Source: Stramenopiles sp. TOSAG23-2 (taxonomy: Eukaryota). Taken from it: a DNA stretch of 48,905 nt. The first letter of the stretch is position 1. Every line of letters starts with the position of its first letter. The stretch spans positions 1-48,905 of the forward strand of contig LT649274.1 in assembly GCA_900128395.1 (NCBI GenBank). Direction: 5' to 3'. The notes below the pieces were generated by a model. It did not search any database. It was not told where the DNA came from and saw only the letters and a program-made list of their open reading frames with translations. A program made the position numbers and the translations under genes. Below are positions 33,718-45,140 of the stretch, one piece after another.

Positions 33718-34415
33718 TCCAGGTAAAGGAAGGTGAGAGTAGAGCGAAGAGGAATTAATGATATGTATATGACAACAATGGATATCTAGGTATCGATACA
33801 GCATCAAAATTTCTGTGTCAATCCTATAAATCTGGAATAAATAAAGAAACTGATAAAATGACTGTGCAGGAAACAAAAAATATACTTAGCCGGAATTAGA
33901 CTTTATTTCCGTAAATGGCATAATGTATCTATTACAAAAATATATTTTATAAAAGGTTACTATCTTCTTTTTTTTTTCTTCCCTTTTTTTCCCCTCCTCT
34001 TTTCCTTTTTTTTTGTGTAAAAAAAGTCCGACTGGTATAAATGATTATAACCCTAATTCTAACTATAGGCTGGCTGGGCTGGCTCTGGCTTTCATTTCAG
34101 TCAGACACATAACGTAAACGACGCTCAGAGGAACCACCGCTGATATTTTTTTATTTTTGCTGCATCATGATTTCTTCAGTGTGAATATTATTAATACCAT
34201 GAACACATCACTGTGATTCACCCGCAGGAATATCTTTTTTCTAAATCATCCCCGATCAAACATAAACATATATATCTATCTATAGGAATCAATCTAAGTT
34301 ATCTAGAGAGAGAGATATTCAATTTAAATATACACAATTATACATTCAAGAAGACAAGATTCTTATTTATCATATATAAAGGAAAGTATCAATCACAACA
34401 ACAAACACAAACACA

Positions 34416-36116
34416 ATGAAATTAACAGTAGCATTATTATTAACACTTGCGCTTGTAGCATCTACATGCCAAGCTATTGAAACAAATAGGAAAGCGCCAA
34501 CTTTACCAGCTGAATGGGTCAAAGCTAAAAAAGCTGTGAATGACGATACCGAAGTCATGGTCACTTTAACTTTACGTCAACAAAATTTAGATGAATTGAA
34601 ACAGATTGCATCTGATGTATCTGAACCAACACATGCTAAATATGGACAACATTTAACCATGAAACAAGTACATACATTAACAAAACCAACAGAAGAAACA
34701 TATCAAATTATTAATACTTGGTTTGATGAAACTGGTGCTGCTATTACTAATATTGAAAGTCTTCAAGGTGGTAGTGTATTACGTTTAACTATGTCAGCAA
34801 AAGATATTAAAGTTCTTTTCAAAACGACTGTAAGTTATGTACAGTTGAAAGGTACAATGGAAATGAAGATTCGCGCCGGTGATATTACAATTCCATCAAA
34901 AGTTGCTAAAGAAATCTCTGCTATTTTTGGCTTACATGGTCTTCCTTTACCAAAACAAAGTAAATTTATTGCTTTAAAAAGTGGCGGTGGTGGATCCCCA
35001 GCAAAAGTAACACCAACTGTTATTGGAAAAACATACAATGCATCTGATAGACGTGGTACTGCTGGTAAAGCATCAAGACAAGCTGTTGGTGAATACCAAG
35101 GACAAGATGCTTTAGATACTGATACTGCATCTTTTTTCAAACAATATGTACCAAATGCTAAACAAGGGGATGAGAAATTATTTAAAGTTGTTGGTACAAA
35201 TGATCAAGGGTCATCTGGCGTTGAAGCAGCATTAGATGTTGAATATATTATGGGTGTTGCACCAGGTGTATTAACAGAATTTTGGGGATATCAACAACAA
35301 GATTTTTGTGGTGATTTGCAAAAATTTAGTCAAAAAATATTAGATACGGAAGATGCACCAAATGTATTTTCCATATCGTATGGATGGCAAGGAAAATTAT
35401 CTCAACTTGGTTGTCAAGATTCAGAAGTGCAAGCAGTTGATGTGAATTTCCAAAAATTAGCAGCACGTGGTGTTAGTATGATCATTGCATCTGGCGATAC
35501 TGGCGCTGCATGGACACCTGGGTTTTTCAAAAAAGGTCAATTATTCCCATCATGGCCAGCATCTTCTCCATGGGTAACAGCAGTTGGTGCAACTCGTTTC
35601 ATCAACCAAGATCCATCCCAAGCTGAACAAGCATCCGATCAATTTGGTTCCGGTGGTGGTTTCTCAAAAGACTTTGACCGTACAAATGCTACTTGGCAAG
35701 AAGCCCATGTGACTGGATATTTGAAATTGGCTGATAAATTGCCGCCTACATGGGCTTTCACAGCAAGTGGCCGTGCAACACCTGATGTATCTGCATTGGG
35801 TGAAGGTTTCATGGTTGTATCTGGTGGGCGCAGTGAACCAGTTGGCGGAACCAGCGCATCCACTCCATTATTTGCTGGCCTTGTATCATTGTTAAATGAT
35901 GCTAGAGTAAGCAAAGGAAAAAAACCAATGGGATTTTTAAATCCATTCATTTATTCCAATCCACAAGCATTTACTGATGTAACTGTTGGTAACAATGCAA
36001 TCGATCGCAGTGGTTCCCCAGCAAAATATGGTTTCCAATGCACAAAAGGTTGGGATCCTGTTTCCGGGATGGGAACGCCAAAATTCGGTGCGTTATTAGA
36101 AGCCGCGATGAAATAA
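34416..36116 (+). CDS. TPP1: Sedolisin/tripeptidyl-peptidase I-like peptidase (S53) with prodomain
   Basis: Signal peptide, prodomain YGQHLT, EAALD, ASGDTG, GRATPDVSALG, GGTSASTP and the Ca-site GWDPVSGMG. Confidence 0.93.
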   Translation: MKLTVALLLTLALVASTCQAIETNRKAPTLPAEWVKAKKAVNDDTEVMVTLTLRQQNLDELKQIASDVSEPTHAKYGQHLTMKQVHTLTKPTEETYQIINTWFDETGAAITNIESLQGGSVLRLTMSAKDIKVLFKTTVSYVQLKGTMEMKIRAGDITIPSKVAKEISAIFGLHGLPLPKQSKFIALKSGGGGSPAKVTPTVIGKTYNASDRRGTAGKASRQAVGEYQGQDALDTDTASFFKQYVPNAKQGDEKLFKVVGTNDQGSSGVEAALDVEYIMGVAPGVLTEFWGYQQQDFCGDLQKFSQKILDTEDAPNVFSISYGWQGKLSQLGCQDSEVQAVDVNFQKLAARGVSMIIASGDTGAAWTPGFFKKGQLFPSWPASSPWVTAVGATRFINQDPSQAEQASDQFGSGGGFSKDFDRTNATWQEAHVTGYLKLADKLPPTWAFTASGRATPDVSALGEGFMVVSGGRSEPVGGTSASTPLFAGLVSLLNDARVSKGKKPMGFLNPFIYSNPQAFTDVTVGNNAIDRSGSPAKYGFQCTKGWDPVSGMGTPKFGALLEAAMK

Positions 36117-36684
36117 AATTCTTTTTTGCTTCGTATTATGCGCAGCAGAGATGAAAGAGAGGGAGAGCAATATGATAGTATGTGCTGGTGTGCATTATAT
36201 TATTGTTCTGAATTAACATTAATTATATCAAAAAGTATTTTGTGTGTGAGAGATGTGGTTCTATATTTCTACGTTTCGTAGATCATATTATCAAAAGCTG
36301 ATGCACGAATCCTATATTTATCTTGATGGTTAAAATCTAAAAAAGTATAATACCAACGTAAAATAATAATGTTACTTCCCGTGATAAATACTATGATATG
36401 ATATGATATGATATTTAATGCTCAATACTCTCTATCTCAGAAATAATAGTCAATCCTACTGAAGTAAAGCTGGTAATGCACCGTCTCCCAAACTCTTTTT
36501 TGAATGCTTTACGAGAGGACTCTCTGCACGAGTCTTGAACGTCCTTGAATGACATACTTAAAATTTTATTAATCAAGTATCACATGATGATATTTTACAT
36601 TTACCAGTAATTGCAATAGCAGCAACAGATAATAATATTATTGATAATGCAAACATAAACAAGTATCATCATGATGATAAACCA

Positions 36685-37245
36685 TTGTCCTCTAGTACAT
36701 TTGATAATGATAAAATAAAGTTACAACAACAACAACAACAAACGTATTCGTTGCTTTCAAAACTTGATGTAAATAATAACAACGATACAAGTCTTAATTT
36801 GGTTATACCGACTAAGCCTATTCATGGGAAAAAATCGTCAAAGAAATCAAATGAAATTAGACGGAATTTATATCGTAATAATAATAATAACAATGATAAT
36901 GATATGAACAAGGAAATGAAAAAGGATGATGATAATAATAACATGAATAGTACTAATACAGTAAAGAATCATTTTAAAAAACAAAAGAAAAAGAAATCTA
37001 ATATGTTCAAACCAATCATGCCAGTATCAAAACCACCAACAATTGCAGAGATGCCAAGATTATATTCATATCGTAGAAGTCGAAACAAAGAGAAAAAACC
37101 TGCTTCTTTATATCCATCATTTGTGAAAGAAAAATTCAAACATCAAGGAAAAAATGATACAGCATCAGCAGCAGCAGCAAATTTTAGGATACAATATTAT
37201 TTAAAGAAACATCATCATCATGGTATGCGAAATGATGAGGAATAG
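36685..37245 (+). CDS. Low-complexity hypothetical protein (start uncertain, possibly a last exon)
   Basis: Open frame with poly-Q/N and Lys-rich segments like other host genes; no motif recognised. Confidence 0.4.
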   Translation: MSSSTFDNDKIKLQQQQQQTYSLLSKLDVNNNNDTSLNLVIPTKPIHGKKSSKKSNEIRRNLYRNNNNNNDNDMNKEMKKDDDNNNMNSTNTVKNHFKKQKKKKSNMFKPIMPVSKPPTIAEMPRLYSYRRSRNKEKKPASLYPSFVKEKFKHQGKNDTASAAAANFRIQYYLKKHHHHGMRNDEE

Positions 37246-37595
37246 GTTTATGATTTACGAACGTAATTAAAATTAAAACTATGCGTCGTAGATGATAGTG
37301 TGTGGATTGTGCTCGGAAGAATTTATCACACGCCTAAAAAAATTGAAATTTTGGGTTCTGTGTATCACATGAGATTTTCTTTTTAAAGAATAAGGGAGAG
37401 GGCTTTAGTTTTTAAAGTCATGCTACAAACATCATTTTATAAAATTAATTTATTCCACACTAATTAAAATGAGAGATATAATAAATTTGCCATCTTCCGA
37501 CAATTTATCTCACATGTATGCATAATATATATTTTTTTAAAATAAAAACTTTTTATATCTCAATATCATATGATAGGTCCCTCTCCTCCCTTTAT

Positions 37596-38658
37596 TCACA
37601 ATCCTAATGCTTTTAAAAAAACGCTTGCCATGAATGTGTAACCATTATCATCTGGGTGGCATTGATCGCATTGCCATTTTTGATCTTCCTCGCAATAATA
37701 TTGACATGGTTGAAATTTCGTTGTTAATGTACAATTTAAGGGAAAGGTGTGTTTCCAATTATCAATCGTTCCACCCATATTTTCATAAATATTAATAATA
37801 CCATCTACATCATTTGCATCACCAATTAAAGGAATTAATTTTGGTAAGTTTCCAATTATCAATCGTTCCACCCATATTTTCATAAATATTAATAATACCA
37901 TCTACATCATTTGCATCACCAATTAAAGGAATTAATTTTGGTAATACTGTATTTATAACAGTTTGATTCATACCATATACAGAATGTTCCATCAATGGTG
38001 GTGGTATTGATATGTAAATTTTTGGAGATTTCCCTGGTTCTTTCCCTAAGGTACGTATTAAATTAATCATCTCTTTGTAATTATTTGCATATGTACAACC
38101 GTTCAATGAAGTACCGCCATTACATACATTTGTCTTCCAATTATCTGGACCATTATCTGCTTTATCTTTTGCATCATTCGTCCCTAGTTGAATGGTTACT
38201 ATATCCCATTTATTTTCAATTAATGTTTGATATTGTGGTCGTTTCCAATATGGACTGTTACCATCTTTCAACATTGTAGAACCACATGCACCTAAATTGG
38301 TAACAGCATATTTTTGATCTCCATATTTTTCATCAAGCATTGCTTGTAATTGAGATGGATACGTATGGTTTGAAGAAGATGAATGAACCCCAGCTGTTAT
38401 ACTATCGCCAACCATTCCAATATGTATGGGTTCATCGGTAGCAGTATCATATTTCTTTTGATGGCATATTAAATCCTGGGCCGCATCTTTCACTGACATT
38501 TTAATATGTGGGTGCAAACGTTTGCATTCTGGTAAATAACCGGGGACTCCTAATTGTCCAACATGAACAACATTCATATCATGTGCTTCAATTGTTAATG
38601 TTATCATAAGCAATAACATTGTTTTTATTACTACTACTATCTTTTTATTACACAACAT
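37596..38658 (-). CDS. Secreted SGNH/GDSL hydrolase (acetylesterase-like); frame broken by a 97-bp duplication
   Basis: Block I VGDSIT, NLGACG and LGTND; block V DQCHP lies in the 37596-37901 frame. Signal peptide present. Confidence 0.88.
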
Positions 38659-38950
38659 CTTTACCCAAAAAAAAAAAAAATTTATTATGTTATATATATA
38701 TAGTTCAAATGATTATATGCTAAGCAATAACATTGTTTTTATTACTACTACTATCTTTTTATTACACAACATCTTTACCCAAAAAAAAAAAAAATTTATT
38801 ATGTTATATATATATAGTTCAAATGATTATATGCTTTAATTTCATTTATGATGTCTTTCCCATCAAACATTTTGTCATAATGTAATATATATATAGATAT
38901 TAATATAAATAATTGAATAATTGATAAAAAAAAACAAACAACACGTTTTT

Positions 38951-39274
38951 TTCCTAATCGGGTCCATCATCATTCGGTAGGAAAATATCATATATTGAAG
39001 TACAATAATTAGTAGTCTAAATAAGAATCACAGAAATTGAAAGCATTTTGCTCCTATAACCCTATGGCTAACCAGGATAATTCTTTAAAAAATCGCTAAA
39101 TTTCTCTTGAATATGGTGATTCTTATTTAGACTAATAACTATTGTACTTAATTATATGATATTTTCCTACCTACTTCCGGATTAACAGGTACACAGTACT
39201 GGTTATTGGCAATGAACAAATAACCAGTGCTGTGTAGGCGCATCACTTTTATGGATAATGGACCCGATTAGGAA
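38951..39274. other. Branched inverted-repeat structure (17-bp closing stem, 56-bp and 18-bp internal hairpins)
   Basis: Arm pairs: 38951-38967/39258-39274; 38976-39031/39116-39171 (4 mismatches); 39190-39207/39219-39236 (1 G-U). Confidence 0.9.
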
Positions 39275-39534
39275 TTTCGAATATAAGTTTGTAGAGGATC
39301 ATCGATACGGTCATCAAATAAATATATATTATATAATATATGATAGGAACAAATCAGACTAGATATAGATATATACAGATATACCAGTTAAAGAAAAGAA
39401 TTATATCTCAACCTCTCATTATTAAAAATAACAAATAGAAATAGAACATAGTAGTAGTATTAAAAAAGATATACGTGAATACAATATATATACAACATAT
39501 ATGTAAATATAACAACAATCCTTCTCAACACAAT

Positions 39535-40287
39535 ATGGCATCATCAATACGAACAATGAATATACCATTAATATTTGTAAGGCACGGACAATCAGAAGGA
39601 AATGCAAAGAGAGTATGTTCAACAAAAGAACAAACATTGACTGAAAAAGGCATTGAGCAAGCTGAAAAATTAGGAAAGTATTTGCATGATAATAAAGCAA
39701 AATTCCATTTTGACCATGTATATACCTCAGATTTAGATCGTGTATTGTTGACAACAAAAACAATATTAAAATATCAACCAATAGAAAGTGAAGATCAGTT
39801 GAAAGTAATGCCAATATTACGAGAAAAAGATCCAGGAATTTTTGCTGGTAAACCAAGGATTGGTTTAAAAAATGAACGTGCCAAAACCAAAGCACCAAGA
39901 GACCATCGTCCGAAAGATGGTGAAAGTTGGAACGATGTAAAAGCACGTACAATTAAATTTTTAATAGACGATATCATCAAAAGACAATGTGGTACTAATA
40001 ATCATTCATCATCATCCCAAAATAATAATAATAATAGTCCTGGTAGTAAATTTGAAATGACAGATGATGGAACATTGATATTATATAAATTCCCATTGAT
40101 AAGCACAAGTGGTGGTGTCATTAAAGAATTTATCAATGCCCATGTTTCACCATATATTTTTCATTCAGATTATCCAAATTGTGCTAAGAATTGCTCAATA
40201 TATACCTTCAATGTAAACATTCCTGATGTAAACGATCTAACCGATTATAAAGTAGAAATGGTTTTAGAAAACCATGTTGCTCATTAG
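39535..40287 (+). CDS. Histidine phosphatase (phosphoglycerate mutase/TIGAR-like)
   Basis: LIFVRHGQSEGN, LTEKGIEQA, YTSDLDRVLLT, LREKDPG, GESWNDV. Confidence 0.88.
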   Translation: MASSIRTMNIPLIFVRHGQSEGNAKRVCSTKEQTLTEKGIEQAEKLGKYLHDNKAKFHFDHVYTSDLDRVLLTTKTILKYQPIESEDQLKVMPILREKDPGIFAGKPRIGLKNERAKTKAPRDHRPKDGESWNDVKARTIKFLIDDIIKRQCGTNNHSSSSQNNNNNSPGSKFEMTDDGTLILYKFPLISTSGGVIKEFINAHVSPYIFHSDYPNCAKNCSIYTFNVNIPDVNDLTDYKVEMVLENHVAH

Positions 40288-40488
40288 AAGACGACACATT
40301 TTTCTCTTCACAATAACAAATATAATATTATTTAAATATAAAGAGAGTAAAAAACTGTTCGTATTATTTTTGAAAATTTTTCTGTGAGCTGTGAGGGTGG
40401 TGTGATTGAATCTTAAGAGACCCAAAATAATATATTTGACAAAACAGATAATATTATTATTTTACAATGTTAAAATGCTTCTTCCTTT

Positions 40489-40950
40489 TTACTTTCTCTG
40501 CTGTGGGTTTCTTTTAGTTGCATTACTTTTTCTTTTTTTCTTACGCTGCTTGATAGTTTTATTATTATTATTATTACTTGGACTTGAAATTTCTTCTTTA
40601 TCTTCTTCTTTATTATTCTGATTATCAACTATATCATCTACACTGCCAAAACCATTACCAAAATACAAAACCATAAAAAATGTAAAGTTACCAAGCACGA
40701 TTGTAGGTGTGACCAACTTGTGTTGCAATATATCAATATAGCTCAACGACGAATCAATCTCATCTGCATGCAAATGCAATAAAAATTGTAAAAATCCGAA
40801 ATTATAAATTACAAAAATACAGAGTCTGATCCACCATTTTGTTAATATTTTGTCAACATTAATATTATCTGTAATTGAAACTCGTCGGCCACGACCCCTT
40901 GCTTTCAAGTTACGCTTCATTCTTTCCGCGCCAAATTCTGTAATTGGCAT
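40489..40950 (-). CDS. Hypothetical small membrane protein
   Basis: 153-aa ORF with two hydrophobic segments and a basic tail. Confidence 0.55.
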   Translation of the reverse strand: MPITEFGAERMKRNLKARGRGRRVSITDNINVDKILTKWWIRLCIFVIYNFGFLQFLLHLHADEIDSSLSYIDILQHKLVTPTIVLGNFTFFMVLYFGNGFGSVDDIVDNQNNKEEDKEEISSPSNNNNNKTIKQRKKKRKSNATKRNPQQRK

Positions 40951-41381
40951 TGTTTTTATATTGATCCTACGTATTGTATTGCCTGTCTATCTATATATAC
41001 GTACATATATATATATATTAATTATTGCTTGTATTATTTTTTGCCATTTGTATATGCTGGTATGTGGTGCTATAAGAAGTTTGATTTTAATTTTAAATAT
41101 ATTAGGATCAATTCTGGAATTCAACAACAACTATAAAAAAAATCGACTGGTAGATTTTGTAATGAATAGATGTACTACAACAAACTACAAAGAGCAGAGA
41201 TAAGATTAGAATTTACTACAACGCAAAACAAAGAATTAGCCTCGCACTGGTATTGACAGAGGACTTTTTCCATTTCAAATAGTCGAAATATATCTCTACT
41301 CTTGTGTACATGTTTATTTGTTTTATTTTTTTGTGTTACATATTTTTAAAACACACACACTATACCTGAAGTACACCTTTT

Positions 41382-42735
41382 TCAACCCATCACCATACGT
41401 ATTTCCTCACGCATTATATAATATACAGCAATGGTAAACAAACTCAACACGGCAGTTGATATACGAAGTAATGTAGAGACAGTAATTTTAAAGCCAAATG
41501 CACGTTGTGAATTTAATTCATGATGATTTAACCATTGATCAAATGTATTTCTTGTTCCAAATGTTTTATAAATACGAAATTGTATGCGTGAATCGTTTAA
41601 CATTATCTTACAATTTTTATCCCAAATTGTATTTGGTTTTGTCATTTCATTTAAACTTCTAATAAACATTGCTAGAAATAAAATTCCAAAAAATGCAGTT
41701 AAAAGAATTTTCCAAGTTGCATTACCGTCCTTGTTACCTAGCTGTAATATAGCTAGATGAAAAATATTAATGAATAAAAGAGGTTAGAATGTGTGATTTA
41801 TATAAAATATATAATTATATATATATAGACAGATAGAGGAGACGTGTGGATGGGATATATAAAAATAAAAACTTACCAGTCATAAGCAGCATAATTATTG
41901 TTATCACTAAATTTAAAAACAGTTGAACACCATTGCTTGTGGACATACTTTTATTAATATCATGTGCCCATTGCTCCACGTCTTTTTGCACTTCATATAT
42001 ATCTTGCCAACATTTTTCTTTATCCCCAGTTTCTACATCAAAGCTTAACAATGTATCTCGTATACGTTTAATATATTCTTCTATTTTCCTTTTACATGTT
42101 AAAGAAATATATTTAATAACAACACGATTAAAGCGCACTCCAACAACGTAACAAAAATGCAGAAATGGTAATGTAACTATTTGTATATATATCATTAAAT
42201 ATGTATGCTTTCCAAATAATGTATAATTTTTACTTGTTGGATCAGACAATGCAGATATACCAGGAGATAGAAACATGATTGCCGTTATAACATAAACTGA
42301 AAAGTATAAAGGAAAGTTTTTTTTTCCCATTTTGTAAAACGTAACACTATCATTTGCAACTAGTTTATATAAAATAGACGTTTTCTTCAAATCTTTTTTT
42401 TTTACAAAATGTTCCACAAGAGCATGTATAAAGCCATATACACCAAATGTCACGCCAACATATGCATTTTCAAATAGAAATCCAAAAAATAGCATAGATG
42501 TAAAACATAGTGTTGATAATTGGCCAAACACATTTACCTTTTTAACGAACTTTTTTGTTTTAATTAAGTATTTTCTTTTCTTTTCGTCATCCTCTGTCTT
42601 GGCGTTGTTGTTTCTACTAGTATTATTATCATTATTATTATCTAACAGACTATTATTATTACCTGTGTCGATCATTTCCAACATTTGTTCTTGATCATAG
42701 ACATATGCTTTTGTAGCAGAATTTTCCACCTTCAT
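41382..42735 (-). CDS. Multi-pass membrane protein resembling gustatory-receptor-like/DUF3537 7TM channels (409 aa; exons 42735-41877 and 41752-41382)
   Basis: Intron 41876-41753 (GTAAGT..TTCTAAC..TAG) joins the two ORFs in frame. About seven hydrophobic helices and a C-terminal AFGFKITVSTLLRISTAVLSLF. The gene structure is well supported; the family is inferred. Confidence 0.7.
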
Positions 42736-43584
42736 TGTTTATAGGTGTGGTATCGGGGGGGGGTAGTTATACAAATTTATTTAAGTACATATACGTACTT
42801 TGTATTGTTTCTATATTGTATAGTTTTGGTTGTTTTTTTCTATGTGTATTTGTATACTGTTGCTTCTTTAGTTTTATAAATATGTTTTTTAGTCGAGTTG
42901 CACTTACCAGCAGCTTACCTGGCTTATATACTACACTGTAACTGGTTTGAGCACTCTTCTAATACTATTAAAAGGAGTATTATATACAAGATAAAGACCA
43001 AAAAGCCAAAAGAAGCATTCTAAATAACATTGGATTACAGTATCATCCATCATCCAAATTAAAATGTTATTTAGAATGCTTCTCGGATACACCGGCACAC
43101 GCCGCTATTATATTTTAAGATGGTGCTTTTACAATAAATTCCCCCCCTCAAATTCCAAATTCGGAGATTCGGAGAGTTTCTTTTTTTCTTGTTTTACCCT
43201 TATTATTAGAATGAATTGTTAGGGTACTTTGTAGTGCACTAGTCTAAGTCTAAATTTGGACATTTGGACCAAGTCAAGTCAAAATCCAATAATACCAAAA
43301 ATAAAGTCATCATGTCAGTCGAATGCCTTGGGAATGCTGGAATAATAGCTGTCGTCAGCTGATGTCAACAACTTCTTACAAAAATAAATATATATTATAT
43401 AATATATATATTAATATATTATGAATACAGAAGGATATATGCAAAACTACTCCGGGTACCTGAGCATATAAACTTAGCATTGCGAGCGAAGCGTATGTAA
43501 TACAAAACGTTTGTAGACGACACGATAAAGAAGCAATAATTTTGCAGTCGATGCAGATATCTGCATAAGAAATTATATTACAAC

Positions 43585-44666
43585 ATGGCAAATAAAGCAA
43601 ACAATGATGAAGTTGTTACATGGAGAAATGGGAAGAAATTAAACGAGGAAAACCGTTTGGATCATCTTTTATATAAAAAAGAATCATTGGAAAATAAAAA
43701 AACAAAAATTGAACTATTAATTGAAAAGTTAGGTATTGAGAAATATGCAAAAGAATTAGATGAAGAAGGTTATACGGTTGTTCCACCATCAGTTACTGGT
43801 GTTAATGAAGAAATGGTTGATGAATTGATTAAAGGATTATTGGAAAAATCTGAAGAATTAATACCCGGTACAAAATTTTCGTTAGATATGAAAGGTAATG
43901 ATGTTCTAGACTATGGTAAATTTGAAGGGTTTATTGAACGTATGTCCGGCGCAAAACCTGCACAGTTTCAATTGGTCCAATTATGTACATACAAAAATCG
44001 TGCATTTCGTGATTTAGCAATTAATCCAGTTGCAACTGCATTGATTCAACATATGGTTGGATATGGTGAAGCAAGATTTAGCTCTCATAATGCATTTGTA
44101 AAATGGAGAGGTGAAGGTTATGGTGATTCGTTAGGTCTTCATGTAGATCAAGGTGCAGTCCCTTATCCATGGGGAAAACAAGCATACAATGCAAACTGTA
44201 ATTGGGTATTGACTGATTATACTAGAGATGCAGGTCCATTAGCAGTAGTTCCAAAATCACATTTGTTACGTAAACATCCAACTTTTCCAGATGCAATTGA
44301 ACAAGCAATTCCAGTATTATGTCCAAAAGGCTCGCTTGTTATCTTTCATGGTGCAACATGGCATGGTGCATATCCTCGAAAAGATGAAGGGTTACGTCTA
44401 GTAAGTTAAATTCTATTCCCCTAAGCCTAACAAAGATATCCTCGCTAACACATCACTCAATCATACGCTACGCTCCACAGACAATTGCAAATTATTATCG
44501 CCATGCTAGTATTCAATCTCAAGATGATATTGTCAATCATTTTCCACAACATTTAGCAAATGATTGCTCAAATCCAAAGTTATTTCGAATATTTGCTGGT
44601 TTTAATAGTGTCTATCAAAGTCAAAGAGTTTTACCATTGCCAATTGCAAGAAGTAGTCGTTTGTAA
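43585..44666 (+). CDS. Phytanoyl-CoA dioxygenase (PhyH) family Fe/2OG enzyme with peroxisomal PTS1 (exons 43585-44400 and 44481-44666)
   Basis: LDEEGYTVV, LHVD (HxD), GPLAVVPKSH, GSLVIFHGATWHGA..R. Intron 44401-44480 (GTAAGT..GCTAAC..CAG). Spliced protein ends SRL-stop. Confidence 0.9.
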
Positions 44667-45140
44667 AAGTAGTTTAAACGCGCGTAAAATTTACGAGGTA
44701 CAAATTTAATATTAATATTCGTACTTCGTACTGATGGGAGGGAGGGGAGACAAAGATTGTAAACCTGATTTACAAAAAGTATCATACCATTATATTTCAA
44801 TATTTAATACGTTCAAATTAAATTACCCTGTGTGTGTGTGTGTATTTTAAAGCTCTAAAATCTCATTTTTAAAATAATAATAAATATACACAAAAATGTT
44901 ATAAAATACGAGTATATAATACGAAGCAGGGGGCTTCGTATAATACTGTGGCAAAAAACGATTTCGTAAATATTATAACACTGATATGATTATTACGCGT
45001 GTACGTTTATTTCTAAAATATGCATCATTTATTTCATTTATAATTCATTTTTTTATATAAATAATATATACGAATTACGAACTAAAAAAAAAGAAAACTC
45101 TGAGAAAGATTTTTTGAAAAAACTTTCTCTCCCAGTTCTT

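Noticed and set aside
44915-44945. loxP-like CTTCGTATAAT in the hairpin ATACGAAGC-AGGG-GCTTCGTAT
   Set aside because: Arm orientation and spacer do not match loxP; it is one of several short hairpins between convergent 3' ends.
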